DNA of 64,000 nucleotides, taken from the NCBI GenBank assembly GCA_951406725.2, contig OX597818.1, forward strand, positions 136,152,001-136,216,000. The letters run 5' to 3'. Origin of the DNA: Octopus vulgaris. Lineage: Eukaryota. Positions 14,500-27,534 of the stretch are shown here, one piece after another. The first letter of the stretch is position 1, and each line of letters opens with the position of its first letter. Under the pieces are notes generated by a model. That model did not search any database. It was not told where the DNA came from and saw only the letters and a list, made by a program, of their open reading frames with translations. The position numbers and the translations under genes are program-made.

Positions 14500-14672
14500 G
14501 GACATAACCGTGCCTTTAATCTGTATGTAGTTCTTTCCATTGAATAAGAAAGTGTTGTTTTCCAGAATAAGTCTGACTGAGTCTAATATGAATGTCACTG
14601 TGAATCTGTTGGGAATTGCTTCTCTATGTTTATCTGCCTTTATTCCTAAATCATGTGGGATATTGGTAGGAC
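14500..14672 (-). pseudogene. Penelope-like element reverse transcriptase fragment
   Basis: TNIPHDLGIKA...FILDSVRLILENNTFLFNGKNYIQIKGTVM matches PLE RT motifs (YTNIP...NNxFxFN..Y.Q..GTAMG). Confidence 0.85.
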
Positions 14673-14735
14673 GCCATGATAGATCGTTAGCTACTACTAC
14701 ACGCATTTTTTCTCTCCTTGTTTTTTTTCTGTGTA

Positions 14736-14772
14736 TCTTTCTGTCGAAGAGCATAGGCTCGAAACGTAAAAG
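14736..14772 (+). ncRNA. Minimal HHR-like motif (A6U core variant) in a PLE pLTR fragment
   Basis: TCTTT-CTGTCGAA-GAGC-ATAG-GCTC-GAAA-CG-TA^AAAGA. Confidence 0.65.
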
Positions 14773-14858
14773 ACTTTTTCTATTCCTGAGTCAAGTTTAA
14801 CTTTCCCCTCAAAAGCAACATAGAAATTTCAATTCAGCAACTCGTCTGTAAGCTAGCA

Positions 14859-14895
<37 letters not shown>

Positions 14896-15029
14896 AGAAA
14901 GAGAAAGGCAAACATTGCAAGCAATAAATGAAATAAACATGAAATGAAAAAATTGTATAAATAAAAGGGCATTACTACAGATGTATACGCTCCCAAACTT
15001 TGTTGTCTCATGACATCCAGAAAAATGGA

Positions 15030-15300
15030 TATTTTTTACCAAAATTTTCTACAAATACCGCTTAGATGTTGTGGCTTCAGAGTATATAGGGATTTATGGG
15101 AAATAATTTTTCCGAGGGGGTAGAGAGAGGAGTTTCGGAAAATTCACATGATCTGACTTTTTTCCTTCATAACTTTCAGAAAGATGGGTATCTTTTAATG
15201 AAAATTTATACAAACCTCTTTCAAACGGCATAGATTACGATTATAAAGAAATTTGTGGGGAAAACTTTTCGGGGATTTTCCCATTTTTTTAAACCACTGC
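15030..15300 (+). repeat. Unclassified dispersed repeat, second copy at ~20130-20400
   Basis: Shared GAGTTTCGGAAAATTCAC...TTTCAAACGGCRTAGATTACGATTAYAAAGAAATTTGT. Confidence 0.7.
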
Positions 15301-16111
15301 CTTTTGAAGGCAAAATGATGGGGTTGTTGGGAGGGGGTTGCATCTTTGTATGAAAAAGTTTTGAAAATTCTTTTTTATTACATCCCCCTCCCTCATCCCA
15401 TTCAGGACCTATTTTGGCCAAAGAGCTTTTACGGTAAATAAAATAAAATAAATTGTTTATATGTTCAGAGGAAAAAGAGTGATTTAAGGGCAATTTGGGT
15501 GTTGTTTCTAGCACATCCAAAAACAACCCTCCTCATTTCTTTATCACTCTCGCATGTCTTGAAATTTTTCCATATTTTCCCCCCATAAATACATTTATAT
15601 GCTATAAAAAGGGAAATTTAGGAAATTAGTAATTTTTTGCAACCCCACTCCCTGCACACGATTGTTTCTGCTTAGAAATTAAAATATTGGAGAGCATGAG
15701 AATGTCATTGCTGGTATTTATCCACAGTGATTAAAAAAATTACGGAGATGTACTTGCATAGCAAGTGACTTGATCTGAGATCGTGTGCTGAAGCAAAAAC
15801 AATTGCAGCGTGGAAGATGCTTGTAAGCCATTCAAGAACACACAAAAACCGTTAGTTTCACTTCAACATTAAAATTTCATTTGTGTCAAAATATTTTCAT
15901 CGTTTTGAAACCGCAACCTGTTCCTGATAAAACTTCCCAAAAGTGATACAGCACGAAGTTTTGTCAGTGAACAACACACACACATGCGCACGTGCACACA
16001 CACACACACACACACATTAATTGCCTTTCATTTATGTGTATGTGTATCTATGTGTGTGTGTGTCACTGTTGAGGTTGCTCGTGTATATATTGGCTTAGTA
16101 GTACAGAAAGT

Positions 16112-16436
16112 GGATCTGTTCAATTTGACTCACAGATTTTTTGATAATTTTTTAATTAAGTAATTTGAGACTTCATATACTGCCGTTGTTCCTCTTCCAT
16201 TACTATCGCAAACAGCAGTAGTTTTTTTTCAACTGAATATAGTCGTTGATTGGTTGAAATTAACAAGATACGACAACTTTAACACGAAATAACTTCTAAA
16301 ATATCAAATTTTGTCAAAAATGTTCAAAGTAAACTGTGTTCTGCGTGAGACATTCCACCAGTATACGAAATTTCAAAGTATTTAACTAAAAAAAAAAAAA
16401 TAATTAAAATATCTGCGCACTAAACTGAATAGATCC
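16112..16436. mobile_element. GG...CC TIR MITE related to 18883-19303
   Basis: TIRs GGATCTGTTCAATTT / AAACTGAATAGATCC; shares internal motifs with 18883-19303 in opposite orientation; no clear TSD. Confidence 0.6.
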
Positions 16437-17030
16437 TTACATTACGTGTACATTAATAAAATAAACTGCCGGTTTTCCAAATAGCGAATTAAAACTTACA
16501 AGAGAAAGTGAGAGACTTTGCAAATGAAAATGGAATACTCCGCAGTGAATGCAATGAATATTTAAATTTGCGAGAAATTGGAATTAAAAAAAAATTCAAT
16601 AAACATGAGAAATCGAAATTATGGGAAATTTCTTAGAACATGAATTTATAAAAATATTTCCAGACAGTCAACCCTTTAATAATTGCTTTCTTTTAGTAAT
16701 TGTTACATACCTAATTAATAAGCAGCTTTCTCCATTATAGTACACACACACACGCACACACAAGAGTTAAGGAATGGAGTTCCATTCCTTAACTCTTATA
16801 TTTTATTCGCATACCTGGCAACCGTAGCTGCCTACCGTGAAATATAAAACAACTTTTTTTCAGCTTACTATACTTCGATACAGATAAAAAATCCACAAGC
16901 TTCCGCCTCAATAAACCACTGTTGTTCCTGAAAGTTGCTTTTTATATTTTCTACTTTACTTGAAGCTAACGTTCTTCCTACACCTCGTCCTTGGATCTTA
17001 CACACACACATACACACACACGCTCACACA

Positions 17031-17243
17031 TATGAGTAGGTGCTGAAAAGTTCCTAACTTTGGGTAAAAGAAAAGACAAGAGAATTATGATTTTATTAAA
17101 CATATTCCCCACTCAGATTCACACACTTACTGAAGCGGTCTTTCAGTTTTTCTAAGCCCTGTAAAAGGACTCGGAAGGTTGGGTCTCCATCCAGGCCTTT
17201 CGTGACATCCTTAAAGCGAGGAACTTTTTAGCCCCCATTCGTA
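17031..17243. mobile_element. Mariner-derived MITE
   Basis: TA-TGAGTAGGTGCTGAAAAGTTCCT ... AGGAACTTTTTAGCCCCCATTCG-TA. Confidence 0.7.
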
Positions 17244-17255
17244 TATACTGGGAAA

Positions 17256-17401
<146 letters not shown>

Positions 17402-17431
17402 CTTTGGAAATATATTGGTACAGTTATAATA

Positions 17432-17663
17432 TTTGGAGAGAAAATTTTTTCTCAAAGAGTTAAGATTGAGAAAAGAACCTTTTCAGAAAGTCGAAAGACA
17501 CCAACCTTTGGGAAAAGATTTCACAAAATTTGTGTGGGCTTTGCTTTTATAGATGTGCAAGCGCTTCCAGTTCTTAACGTTTTCAAGCACGAAAAGGTTA
17601 GTGTCTTTCGACTTTCTTAAAAGGTTCTCAATCTTATCTCTTTGAGAAAAAAATCTTCTCTCC
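17432..17663. mobile_element. Fold-back MITE with ~75-bp TIRs
   Basis: TGGAGAGAAAATTTTTTCTCAAAGAG...GAAAGTCGAAAGACAC versus GTGTCTTTCGACTTTC...CTCTTTGAGAAAAAAATCTTCTCTCCA. Confidence 0.75.
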
Positions 17664-18882
17664 ATATATATATATATATAAAGTAATGCGTTCATGAAAA
17701 TCTTGTCGTAACGCGAAATTCTGTATTGCGGAATTAATTTTCATATTAAGTGTAACTGTGTTCCTACAGACACTTTAAAAAGAGCAATAAAAAGAAGCTT
17801 AAAAAAAACACAACAGAGAACAAGCAATGCGACCACCTTTATATATGAAAATAATTGTTTCTAAATATACACAGTACGATATAGGCACATGTTATGTGTA
17901 GTTTGGGTTCTAATGGGAAAGACAACCAGTTGAAAACCATTGTTATTGTTTCCGTGTTTATTTTCATTACTTGTTACACGGACGACGACATTACAGCGTA
18001 GTAATACATTATATACTTTACTCACAGTTCACTAACAAATAGTGCCAAGAGTGGGGATGTGGTTTGGCATACGCAAACACATACATATGAATGTGTAACA
18101 GCACATAAAAAATATAAGAAAAACATTTAAAGAGGAAAAAGTTGGGGAATGAATAAGAATCATTGTAATATCGTGATATTACACTCATGCTAAAATTGAT
18201 GTTGACTACTGTGTGAAGGTTTGAGGGACAATATTTACTATCTTATTGTTCATTGTCACGAATATCAACTCGAGAAGAGAAGTTATCCAAAGTTGTTTAT
18301 TGTTTATGACATACCATCCCTTTGTACAACTCAGTATAAGAACTGAGCTCATTGTAAACTCTTGTAATTTTTATGTTACAGTCAGGATTCGGATTATTAT
18401 CAGCAAAACTTACAGATCTTCTGTAAGTGCCAATCCTTTAACAATAACTTTTGTAGGCAATTTAAGCAGTGTAGATGAAATTTCCGTCGTCTCGTCTGCC
18501 TTTTTAGTTGGCTCTTTTTCTGACAACATCAGCTCCTCGAAAGAAACTTTCTCTTTGGGATAAGAAAGAGAGAGAAGTAGAGAGAGAGAGGGGGGGAATA
18601 AGAAAGGGAGAGAGATTGTGTGAGAAAGAGGTGATTTTCCAGCAAATCTCGGATGCTAAGATATGTACCTTCGGGCAAGCGCCGGGTAACAAAAAGAGGA
18701 TTTGTATTCTGTGTTTATAATAATTCCCTAACTAAATTAGATTGGGAAAAACAAAGGATTTTTCGCATATTGTCTAGCCTGAACTAAGTTTAACATGAAA
18801 TGACCATAAGGTAATAGTTTCTTAGTGCGAATGCTGAGAACAATAGACAAGAGTTTACACAAAAAATATAGATTAAAGTTTC

Positions 18883-19303
18883 GGACCTTTTCGGTTTGAA
18901 CGTCAGTTTTTTTAAAAATAATTTCCACGTAACTAAACACTTTTAAACTTCGTATACTGGTAGAATGTGTTTATAAAACATCTTTTTCTCTTGGCTTTAT
19001 TGAAAAAATTTCTATAGTTTGTAAGATATTTGTTGTTTTTTTCTTCAATTTCTGCAATTTCAACCAATCACTGACGTCCATTGAGGTAAACAACATTCTG
19101 TACCGTATAAATATGTCCCTCGTTTAAGAAACAGATTGAGTTTATTTACATTTCTGAAGAAAAAAAAGATACCCTTCCCCCCACCCCTAACCCTAACCAT
19201 AAAACAGATTGAAATGCAATAGATCGATACTAGGGTCATAATTATGGGTGACAATTTCATATGACACCGCTAGAAAAAACTGCCGTTCAAACCGAAAAGA
19301 TCC
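18883..19303. mobile_element. Merlin-like non-autonomous DNA transposon
   Basis: ~30-bp TIRs GGA(C/T)CTTTTCGGTTTGAACG; 8-bp TSD AAAGTTTC at 18875-18882 and 19304-19311. Confidence 0.8.
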
Positions 19304-19734
19304 AAAGTTTCGATTCCTGGCTAATAATCTAAGGAACGGTTTGCTTTTAGATATATGCATCTTATATTATAAAAGAAAAGTGGATTTCCGTCTGTCTGTC
19401 CGTCACAACATCTATTGCAGAGAAGAAAAGAAGGGGATGAATCAAAATATACATTACAACATATTTTTAAAAGTGGAGAAAAAGTTATTGTTGAGAGGGA
19501 AATTCAGTGAGAGAGAGAATGAGAAAGTGTGTGACAAATAGATCGATAAATAAATAGATGGGTTATGTTGTCACCATAACTAACAAATTTTGATTAAAAA
19601 AGTGGGAATTTTAAGTGCAAGTCGGTCAACACAAAGCAACACACTTCAGAAAAAGATTATACATACATATATATATATATATACAGATGTGGGCACCGTT
19701 AATCGAAAAGTTAACTTCGTTAATCGTTAATTCT

Positions 19735-19930
19735 TTGAGAAAAGAACCTTTTCAGAAAGTCGAAAGACACCAACCTTTGGGAAAAGATTTTACAAAATTT
19801 GCGTGGGCTTTGCTTTTATAGATGTGCAAGCGCTTCCAGTTCTTAACGTTTTCAAGCACGAAAAGGTTAGTGTCTTTCGACTTTCTTAAAAGGTTCTTAA
19901 TCTTATCTCTTTGAGAAAAAAATCTTCTCT

Positions 19931-19999
<69 letters not shown>

Positions 20000-20064
20000 A
20001 ATGCGTTCATGAAAATCTTGTCGTAACGCGAAATTCTGTATTGCGGAATTAATTTTCATATTAA
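19735..20064 (+). repeat. Near-identical local copy of 17466-17749
   Basis: Includes the truncated fold-back MITE, its (TA)n and ~70 bp of unique flank. Confidence 0.92.
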
Positions 20065-22684
20065 CGGAAGTTAACGCTAACTTTTATTGAAGAAAGGCAT
20101 AACTACAGTTTAATACCCCACCAACTTTGTTGCTTCATAACTTCCAGGAAGATGGATACTTTTTAACAAAACTTTCACTAAATAATCGCTTATATCCTGT
20201 AGATTGCGTATATGTAAAGATTTGTTGGAAAAGCCTTTTTTGATGAGATGGGGAGATGAGTTTCGGAAAATTCACAGGACCCGACATTTTCCCCCTCATA
20301 ACTTTCTGGAAAATAGGTATTTTTTAATGAAATTTTATACAAAAGCCTTTCAAACGGCGTAGATTACGATTACAAAGAAATTTGTAGGCAGAATTTTTGG
20401 AAGGGGACGGAGGAGTTTCTAGAAAACGGGGTTTCGGATGGTTAAATACCTCTATTTAACCATCTCACATCGTCTCTGATAATGAGATATCCATAATATC
20501 TCAGAAACAGCTGTAAGACTATATCTATTTCTTTTTCCTTATAAATGTCCTGAAAACTTCTCACAGCCTTGGCTTTGTTATCTCGTTTTGTCTAATATAT
20601 ATATATATATATATATATAAATCGAAGTGTAGTATTATATATCCATTAAGGCTGATCTTACCAATCAGCCGTAATACATTTTTCCTAACTTATGGACCCT
20701 AAGACGGCTCCCCCCTCCCCACAGAGTTGCAGGGTTCATTAGAAATTAAATTTTTTAACGTGTAGGATGCCAAGAAAGGCCGGATACTGGGCTTGCTATA
20801 TTCAATTGTCGTTAGCTGGCTAAATGGTGTAAGTATGTATATACATGTGCACAAGTCAATCATAGACCGATAGAATAAGTGCCAGATTTTAAAATACAAG
20901 AGTCAATTTGTTCCACAAGAACCGTTCAAGATGGTGTCCCAGCATGGCCGCAGTTTAATGATTGAAGCAAGTAAAAGATAGCACTTATGAATGAGGGAGA
21001 GAGATATACTTTCGTTTTATTACAATCATTCATGAACAATACCCACGTTGGACAGAGTTGAAAGGGATGGGAAAAGGACCAAAAGAATAATCAATAGTTC
21101 ATTGCAACATATTTTGCAAAAGAGGCAAACGGTTGGTATCACATCGTTTGTTTACAGTCTATTGGGTTTCAAATAAATAGACACTAATAATTAATTTATT
21201 TCTGACAGCGTAAAGGGTTTCGTTGTATGGCAAGAGTTAATAAAAGTACGGCTTCAGCACGAGTTTAACTGATTTGTTAGCCCCGATTATTGATTTCAAA
21301 CCATCCCTCTCTTTCACACGAGAACTTTGTTGGATCTCTATGGTTTATTGTATTTCAATCCAAACAATTTAAAAAAAAAAAATGTAACCCGTTGTATGCT
21401 GAAAGTGATTATTTCAAAAGATTTACCAGAGAATGCCTAATAGCTGTTATCTTTCTATAAATATTGTTTGTTTTGTGGTACAGGCATATTTATGTTTTTT
21501 CTTTATTTCATCTTCGTAAAAGAAATGTTCTTACAATTATGAACAACCCCAATAAAATACAAGCAATGAAACATGAACACGGAAACGAAAGAAGAAAATA
21601 CTATAAAAAGAAACAAAAAATTAGAGAAAAAGAACTCGAAATCTGAAAAGAAACTTCTGTTGATTGAAACGTCTGACCATCTTCTATCTGTTTCCAATTG
21701 CTTGTTCAAATCAAATTAATTTCTGAAATTAGTTGTGAGTGATCTCTTCCGTTTTATCCTCACAGATAAGTTGGTATTTTGAGTTCTGAATAGAAACGTT
21801 TCGTTTCTTTTTTTAATATATATATATTTTTTTATTATTACAACCACCGTTATTATTGTGTTTTAGCAATATTCACAATTACAGACACAAAAAAAATTAG
21901 TTTGTCTCATTTTCTTTAATATAGAATAATTTGGTGCAGACTTTTCAATCAATACTTATGTTAGTTCATCCATTTTTTTCTTTCTTTCACATATGTTGTA
22001 TACTGAATTAAATTATTACATCGCTTTATTTTATATAAATTATTTTGACATACGTACTTATGTACATACATACATCGTATAATATAAAATAATAAAAATA
22101 ATTTATTTCTTTTTATTGGCCACAAGGGCTAACAACATTCGTAATGAGTGTCTGATTACTTACGCACACACATTTTAAATTTGTATGCAGTTGATACTTC
22201 ACTCCTAAGTTCGTGTAATGTTTAAGGTTATTGTTATAAAGCGAAATTGCAGATATAATACTAAGCCTATTATTGGTTTCTGATGCCCCCTTGTTAGTAT
22301 ATGACCTATGCTTAATCACGAGAATCAGGAACCAACAGAATAATAACCCCTCTCTTCTATCCTCTATTGCGTTTTCCCAGCATTCGCTCAAAACAAAGCC
22401 TGAACGAATCTTTGGGTATCTAGGGAGTGAGCCACTAATACTACACAATGAATTAAACCTTACTACATGTATTTTTCATTTAGCAATCATAAACATTAAT
22501 GAATGTGTGTGCGTGTAAACGTATATATATATAGGTGTAGACATGGCTGTGAGCTTAAGAAACTCGCTTTGCAGACATGTGGTTTTTTTGGCGGCACCTT
22601 GACAACGGCTTTTCTGCTTTAGTTCCAGACAAAACAATGCCTTGTGAATGTATTTGATTGGCAAAAACTGTAGAAGCTCATCAT

Positions 22685-23060
<376 letters not shown>

Positions 23061-23413
23061 ATATGTGTGTATGTGTGTGTGTGTGTCAAATTAAATACAC
23101 AACCGAAAGAGCTACTAATAGTTTCATGCTATTATGATACTTAAACATACATATTTCTAAAATGTCATGTATCTTGAAGAAATCTTTCAGGCTGTGTGTG
23201 TGTGTGGGTGGGTGGGTGCGTGCGTGTGCGTTTGATTCCCTCCCGACATTGTTTGACAACCAGTGTCAGTTTGTTTACGTCCCTGTAACTTAGCTGTTCG
23301 GCATCGAAGACAGTGTACCAAACTTAGAGTAAGTATTGGGGATCTCAGTCTATCATCTGTCTGTCCGTCTGTCTCCTCTGTCTCTCTCTCTCTCTCTTTC
23401 TTTCTCTCTTTAG

Positions 23414-23595
23414 TTCCATCGACTTCACATTCCATTACTTGAAATGTTATGCCTGAAGGCATTCTTCAGATGAAGGTTACTGGTAGAAATAATTTTAATA
23501 ATGCCATTACCTAATAGAAAACTGATGAGATAAAATGTTGTAGACTTCTGTACAGCAATATTCAGCGTGGAGATTGGTAAATTTCCAATGGACTG
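23414..23595 (+). other. Candidate host-gene exon (mostly 5' UTR, possibly ending ATG GAC TG)
   Basis: Long pyrimidine tract + TTTAG acceptor and CTG|GTGAGT donor in unique sequence at the CpG transition; stops in all three frames. Confidence 0.3.
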
Positions 23596-23904
23596 GTGAG
23601 TTGCATCCAGGTTCTCAAAGTGGCTCAAATTTTTTTAAATATAAATGGTCTATATATAATTTGTTTTTGTTTTACTCATTAATTTTTTTTAAAATTTAAA
23701 GTGTCTGATGTCTTACATCAGATTAAATATTTTTCTCATTACAGAAGTGATGAAAAAGAAGGCCATTATAATGTCCATTACCAAATGCTGCAAAGCGACC
23801 ACATTATTTGAAAGATGGCATAGCTCTATTAATTACCTTATCTATTCTCTCTGTCTGCTTGCCTGCCTGCCTGTCTGTCTGGCTCCCCCATTCTCTCTCT
23901 CTCT

Positions 23905-24074
23905 AGCCACTACACACATTTTTTTCTGTCCTTGTTTCTCTCCTTGTTTCTTTCTGTGGAAGAGCGTAGGCTCGAAACGTAAAAGACTTTTTCAGTTCCT
24001 GAGCATTATACTAATACATCTGTTTGTTTTCTACACCACCTGTCTTTGTCTTTTGTTTTTTTCGTGAATTCTTT

Positions 24075-24078
<4 letters not shown>
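23905..24078 (+). mobile_element. PLE pLTR fragment with minimal HHR-like motif (23949-23986)
   Basis: TCTTT-CTGTGGAA-GAGCGTAGGCTC-GAAACGTA-AAAGA, followed by (TA)n. Confidence 0.7.
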
Positions 24079-24134
<56 letters not shown>

Positions 24135-24144
24135 GCACATATAT

Positions 24145-24460
24145 TTATCATTGTTTAATATCTGTGTTCCATGCTAGCATGGGTGGTACAGTACCACAAA
24201 AGCCGGCTAGGCTGAAGCCTCCACCACACTTCTGTGACTGTATTGGCAGGATTTTTACAGCTGGATGCCCTTCCTAACATCAACTACTCAGCAGAGTGGA
24301 CTTAATGCTTTTTATGCAGCACAAGCACAAGCGAGGTGAGTAGTGCTTTTTACATGGCACAAGCACCAGCAAGGATTTTACAGCTGGATGCTCTTCAGAA
24401 CCCCAACCACTTTGCAGTGTGGACTGGGTGCTTTTAAGTAGCACCTGCACTGACAGGGTC
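24145..24460 (-). mobile_element. Old RTE-associated repeat (family D)
   Basis: CCATGCTAGCATGGG and CTGGATGCCCTTCCTAA motifs, CpG-eroded. Confidence 0.6.
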
Positions 24461-24699
24461 ATCAAGTACTTGTCAGATAAAAGAAAAACTTTTAAGAGGG
24501 GAGGAAGGATTGGAGGAGGTGATAATGAAAATGTTATAGTGAGACAGATACAGGTGTCTTTCTGTAGAGGAAGTACAAGGTTACCTGGCTGGAGAAAGAA
24601 AGGCTAGAATGGAGACAGAAACAGGTGTGCTACAGCAAAGAAAATACACGCAACCAGTAGAAGTGCTGTGCATGCATACTATGTTTTAACATTCTAGCT

Positions 24700-26052
24700 C
24701 ACTTCCATTGTTTGCGGCAATGCTTGGAAGGAACATGTGTATTGACCATGATAAAGTTGAGCAGAGAATCTACGTCAAATTTTGCCATAACTTGGTGATA
24801 CCTACTCGGAGGCCTATGCAAAGTTGCAGAAAGTGTATGGAGAAGAGTGTATGAGCTGAAAAAATGTTGATAATTACGTACGTTCTGGGAGACTCGCAAC
24901 CAGCAGAACTGAGGAAAACATCACATTCGTCCTCAGTCGCCTGGATTTACTGCTCACAGCTATGGTCACCCACCAGTGTAAAATTAACAGCGGACCTTGA
25001 AGCAATCCAGAGAAGATTCACAAAGAAGATCGTCTCTTTGCAACAGCTCAGCTACTGGGAAAGGTTGAAACAGCTAAGACTCTACTCCCTGGAGAGAAGA
25101 CGGGAGAGGTATGCAGTGATATATGTCTGGAAGTTCCTGGAAGGAATTGTGCCACATTTTGGCATTGTAAGCTACACCAATGCTAGAACGGGACGACACT
25201 GCATAGTGCCAAAGATCCCAGCAATGCCATCACGCTTAAGGACCAGCTTCTGCAACAGCTTGGGTTTCAAGGGCCCACAGCTTTTTAATATTCTCCCAAA
25301 GAGTCTGAGGAACTTGCGCAAAGTAGATGTAGCGGTTTTTAAATCAAAGCTGGACATCTTCCTGTCAAGAGTCCCAGATGAACCTACCTCACGGCAAGAG
25401 GTGCAAATGAGAGTAGCTGTATCAAACTCCATTCTTCACCCAGTGCCACATATTAGACGAGGTTCGTCGTAATAACAGTGTAGCACAAGACGGTGGTGCA
25501 TCAGCATGGCCGCAGCTCTGAGCTGAAACTAGAAAGAAAAAAAAAATGTGCATGCAGCTGTGAGGGGAAATCATTGAATTACCATCCGTGAGTTATCAGA
25601 GGATGTACAGATTAGTTACGGTTTAGTTCAGTCCGTTATTGCTGAAGGTTTGGGTATGAGACGCGTGGCTGCCATGTTTGTGCCAAATCTGCTTTCAGCT
25701 GACAATGCACCTGCCCATTGAGCACAACTTGTGCAGTAATTTTTGGCTGGGCACAACATTCTCCAGGTTCAACATCCTCCGTATTCTCCAGATCTCACCC
25801 CTTGAGATTTTTTCCCTCTTTCCGAAAATAAAATTCTGCTTGAAAGGAAGCAGATTTCAGGACATCGAGGAAATCAAAGTGAATGCGACAAGGCAACTGC
25901 TGAATATCCCGGAAAACGAGTTCCAGGAAAGCTTCCATCAATGGAAACAGTAATGGATTAAGTGTGTGGTTCCTGAAGGGGATTATTTTGAAGGAGATTA
26001 AATGTACTGTAGTTTTATTTTTATAGTCTGGATACTTATTGATCAGACCACA
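24700..26052 (+). mobile_element. Internally deleted mariner interrupted by a LINE
   Basis: EQRIYVKFC, GMRRVAAMFVPNLL and HPPYSPDLTP*DFSLFPKIK motifs; right TIR GTCTGGATACTTATTGATCAGACC. Confidence 0.85.
24870..25546 (+). mobile_element. 5'-truncated CR1/L2-group LINE 3' end
   Basis: ORF 24864-25472 YCSQLWSP...LEAIQRRFTK...YWERLKQLRLYSLERRRERY; short 3' UTR and A-rich tail. Confidence 0.9.
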
Positions 26053-27534
26053 TATATACCTACATTCGTACATACATACATACACATATGCACACACACA
26101 TACACACACAAATACACATACGCACATGACAGGCCTCCATGTAGTTTCTTGCAAATTCTCTCATAATGCTTTGGTTAATCCAAGGCTGCAGTCGAAGACA
26201 CCTCCTCAAGGTGCCGCACAGTAAGGTGTAACTTGTGATTATGTGGCCTGTGGTAACAAACTGAGTTTTGTAATTCACACAACCATGAGTTTGTGTGATG
26301 TTCATGCCTGTATCATGGACAGCTGTACTATTAATGTAGTAAGAATTCTAATTTTAGGCTTTAAAGGTCCACAATGTAACAAAAAACAAACAACAAAAAT
26401 ACAAATCTTTGTTGACACAAGAAGAATTTATAAACTTTCAAGAGAATGTGAAATAATGTTTTTGTTTTTTTTTAACATTGAATCTCAAAGCTCATAAAGC
26501 TATAAGTGATAGTATGTAAATATTGAGTTGAAAAGCCCTTTTGGGAAGAAAAATTTGGAGGCTGCCTTTCTGAGATGTGAAGTGCATTTGGGACACAACT
26601 CATCTCCTGTAGACATGACAGGCTTTTGGAGGCTAGTATTTATAGCTTCATATCCTCCAAAGCTGGCATTTCTAAAAGAGAATTATTACAAGTCTTCATT
26701 AATGCTTTGTTAATTAGAAACAAAAACTCAAGTGTATTGATAAGAGAGGGTGAGGTGGTTAAAAGATTGTGTGACTTTCATGGCTTTTACACAAGCTTTA
26801 AGAATGTAATTGGAATTAAATGTTTACAATTAGAAAATTGAAACTGGTTTACAAGATACCAGTAACCAAGAGCTTGCTTCCTCTTACAATCAATATTGGT
26901 TACTCACATTGGCAGGTTGAAGGAGAAAGAGATTTTTTTTGGAGGTGCAAAGATCAATATTACAAGTTACAATCAATCAATATGCTCAGACTGATTTCTT
27001 TATGCATTTTTCCCCTCCCCCCATTATTCTCATTTTTTTTGTTTGTTTCTCATCTTCCTCCTATTAACTGAAAATGTCACGAAGAGCTTTCTGACTTTAT
27101 TTCTTTTGAGAAATGTTCTAAGCCAGAACCAATACTGATTAGTTGACTTCAGTAGCAGACTGTTATAGGCTTTCTAAGCCAAGTGAAAGCCAGCATTCTT
27201 ATAAAGTCATTCCTCAGCAGTAATGTGATTACGGTGCAAATAACATTTAAGTCAGCATTATTGAATTTCTGTTCTGCAGTCATCAAAAGCTGCAATGCAG
27301 AATAGATACAATGTCAAAGTCAAACAGATTTTTGGTGGCATAGAAGATGACCTTCCTTATTTTTATATTTATTTATTTATTTATTTATTCTTAAAGAATG
27401 GGCAAAAGCTTAACTTTTGGTAAATTATTTCTGTCATTAATTATTGTTTGTGAAATAATACTAGTTCCTTAAAATGAAGATTGAATTAGATATTTTATAT
27501 GAAGGACCCTTTTTTGTTGTTGTTGCTGTTATTT

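Noticed and set aside
15880-15972. HHR-like motif and short inverted repeat
   Set aside because: No recognisable CUGAnGA core; too degenerate to call
18310-18560. Possible minus-strand coding exons (MLSEKEPTKKADETTEIS...)
   Set aside because: Splice-like signals exist, but the implied intron is only ~50 nt and I recognise no homology
19184-19198. Telomere or interstitial telomeric array
   Set aside because: Only ~2.5 units, inside a MITE
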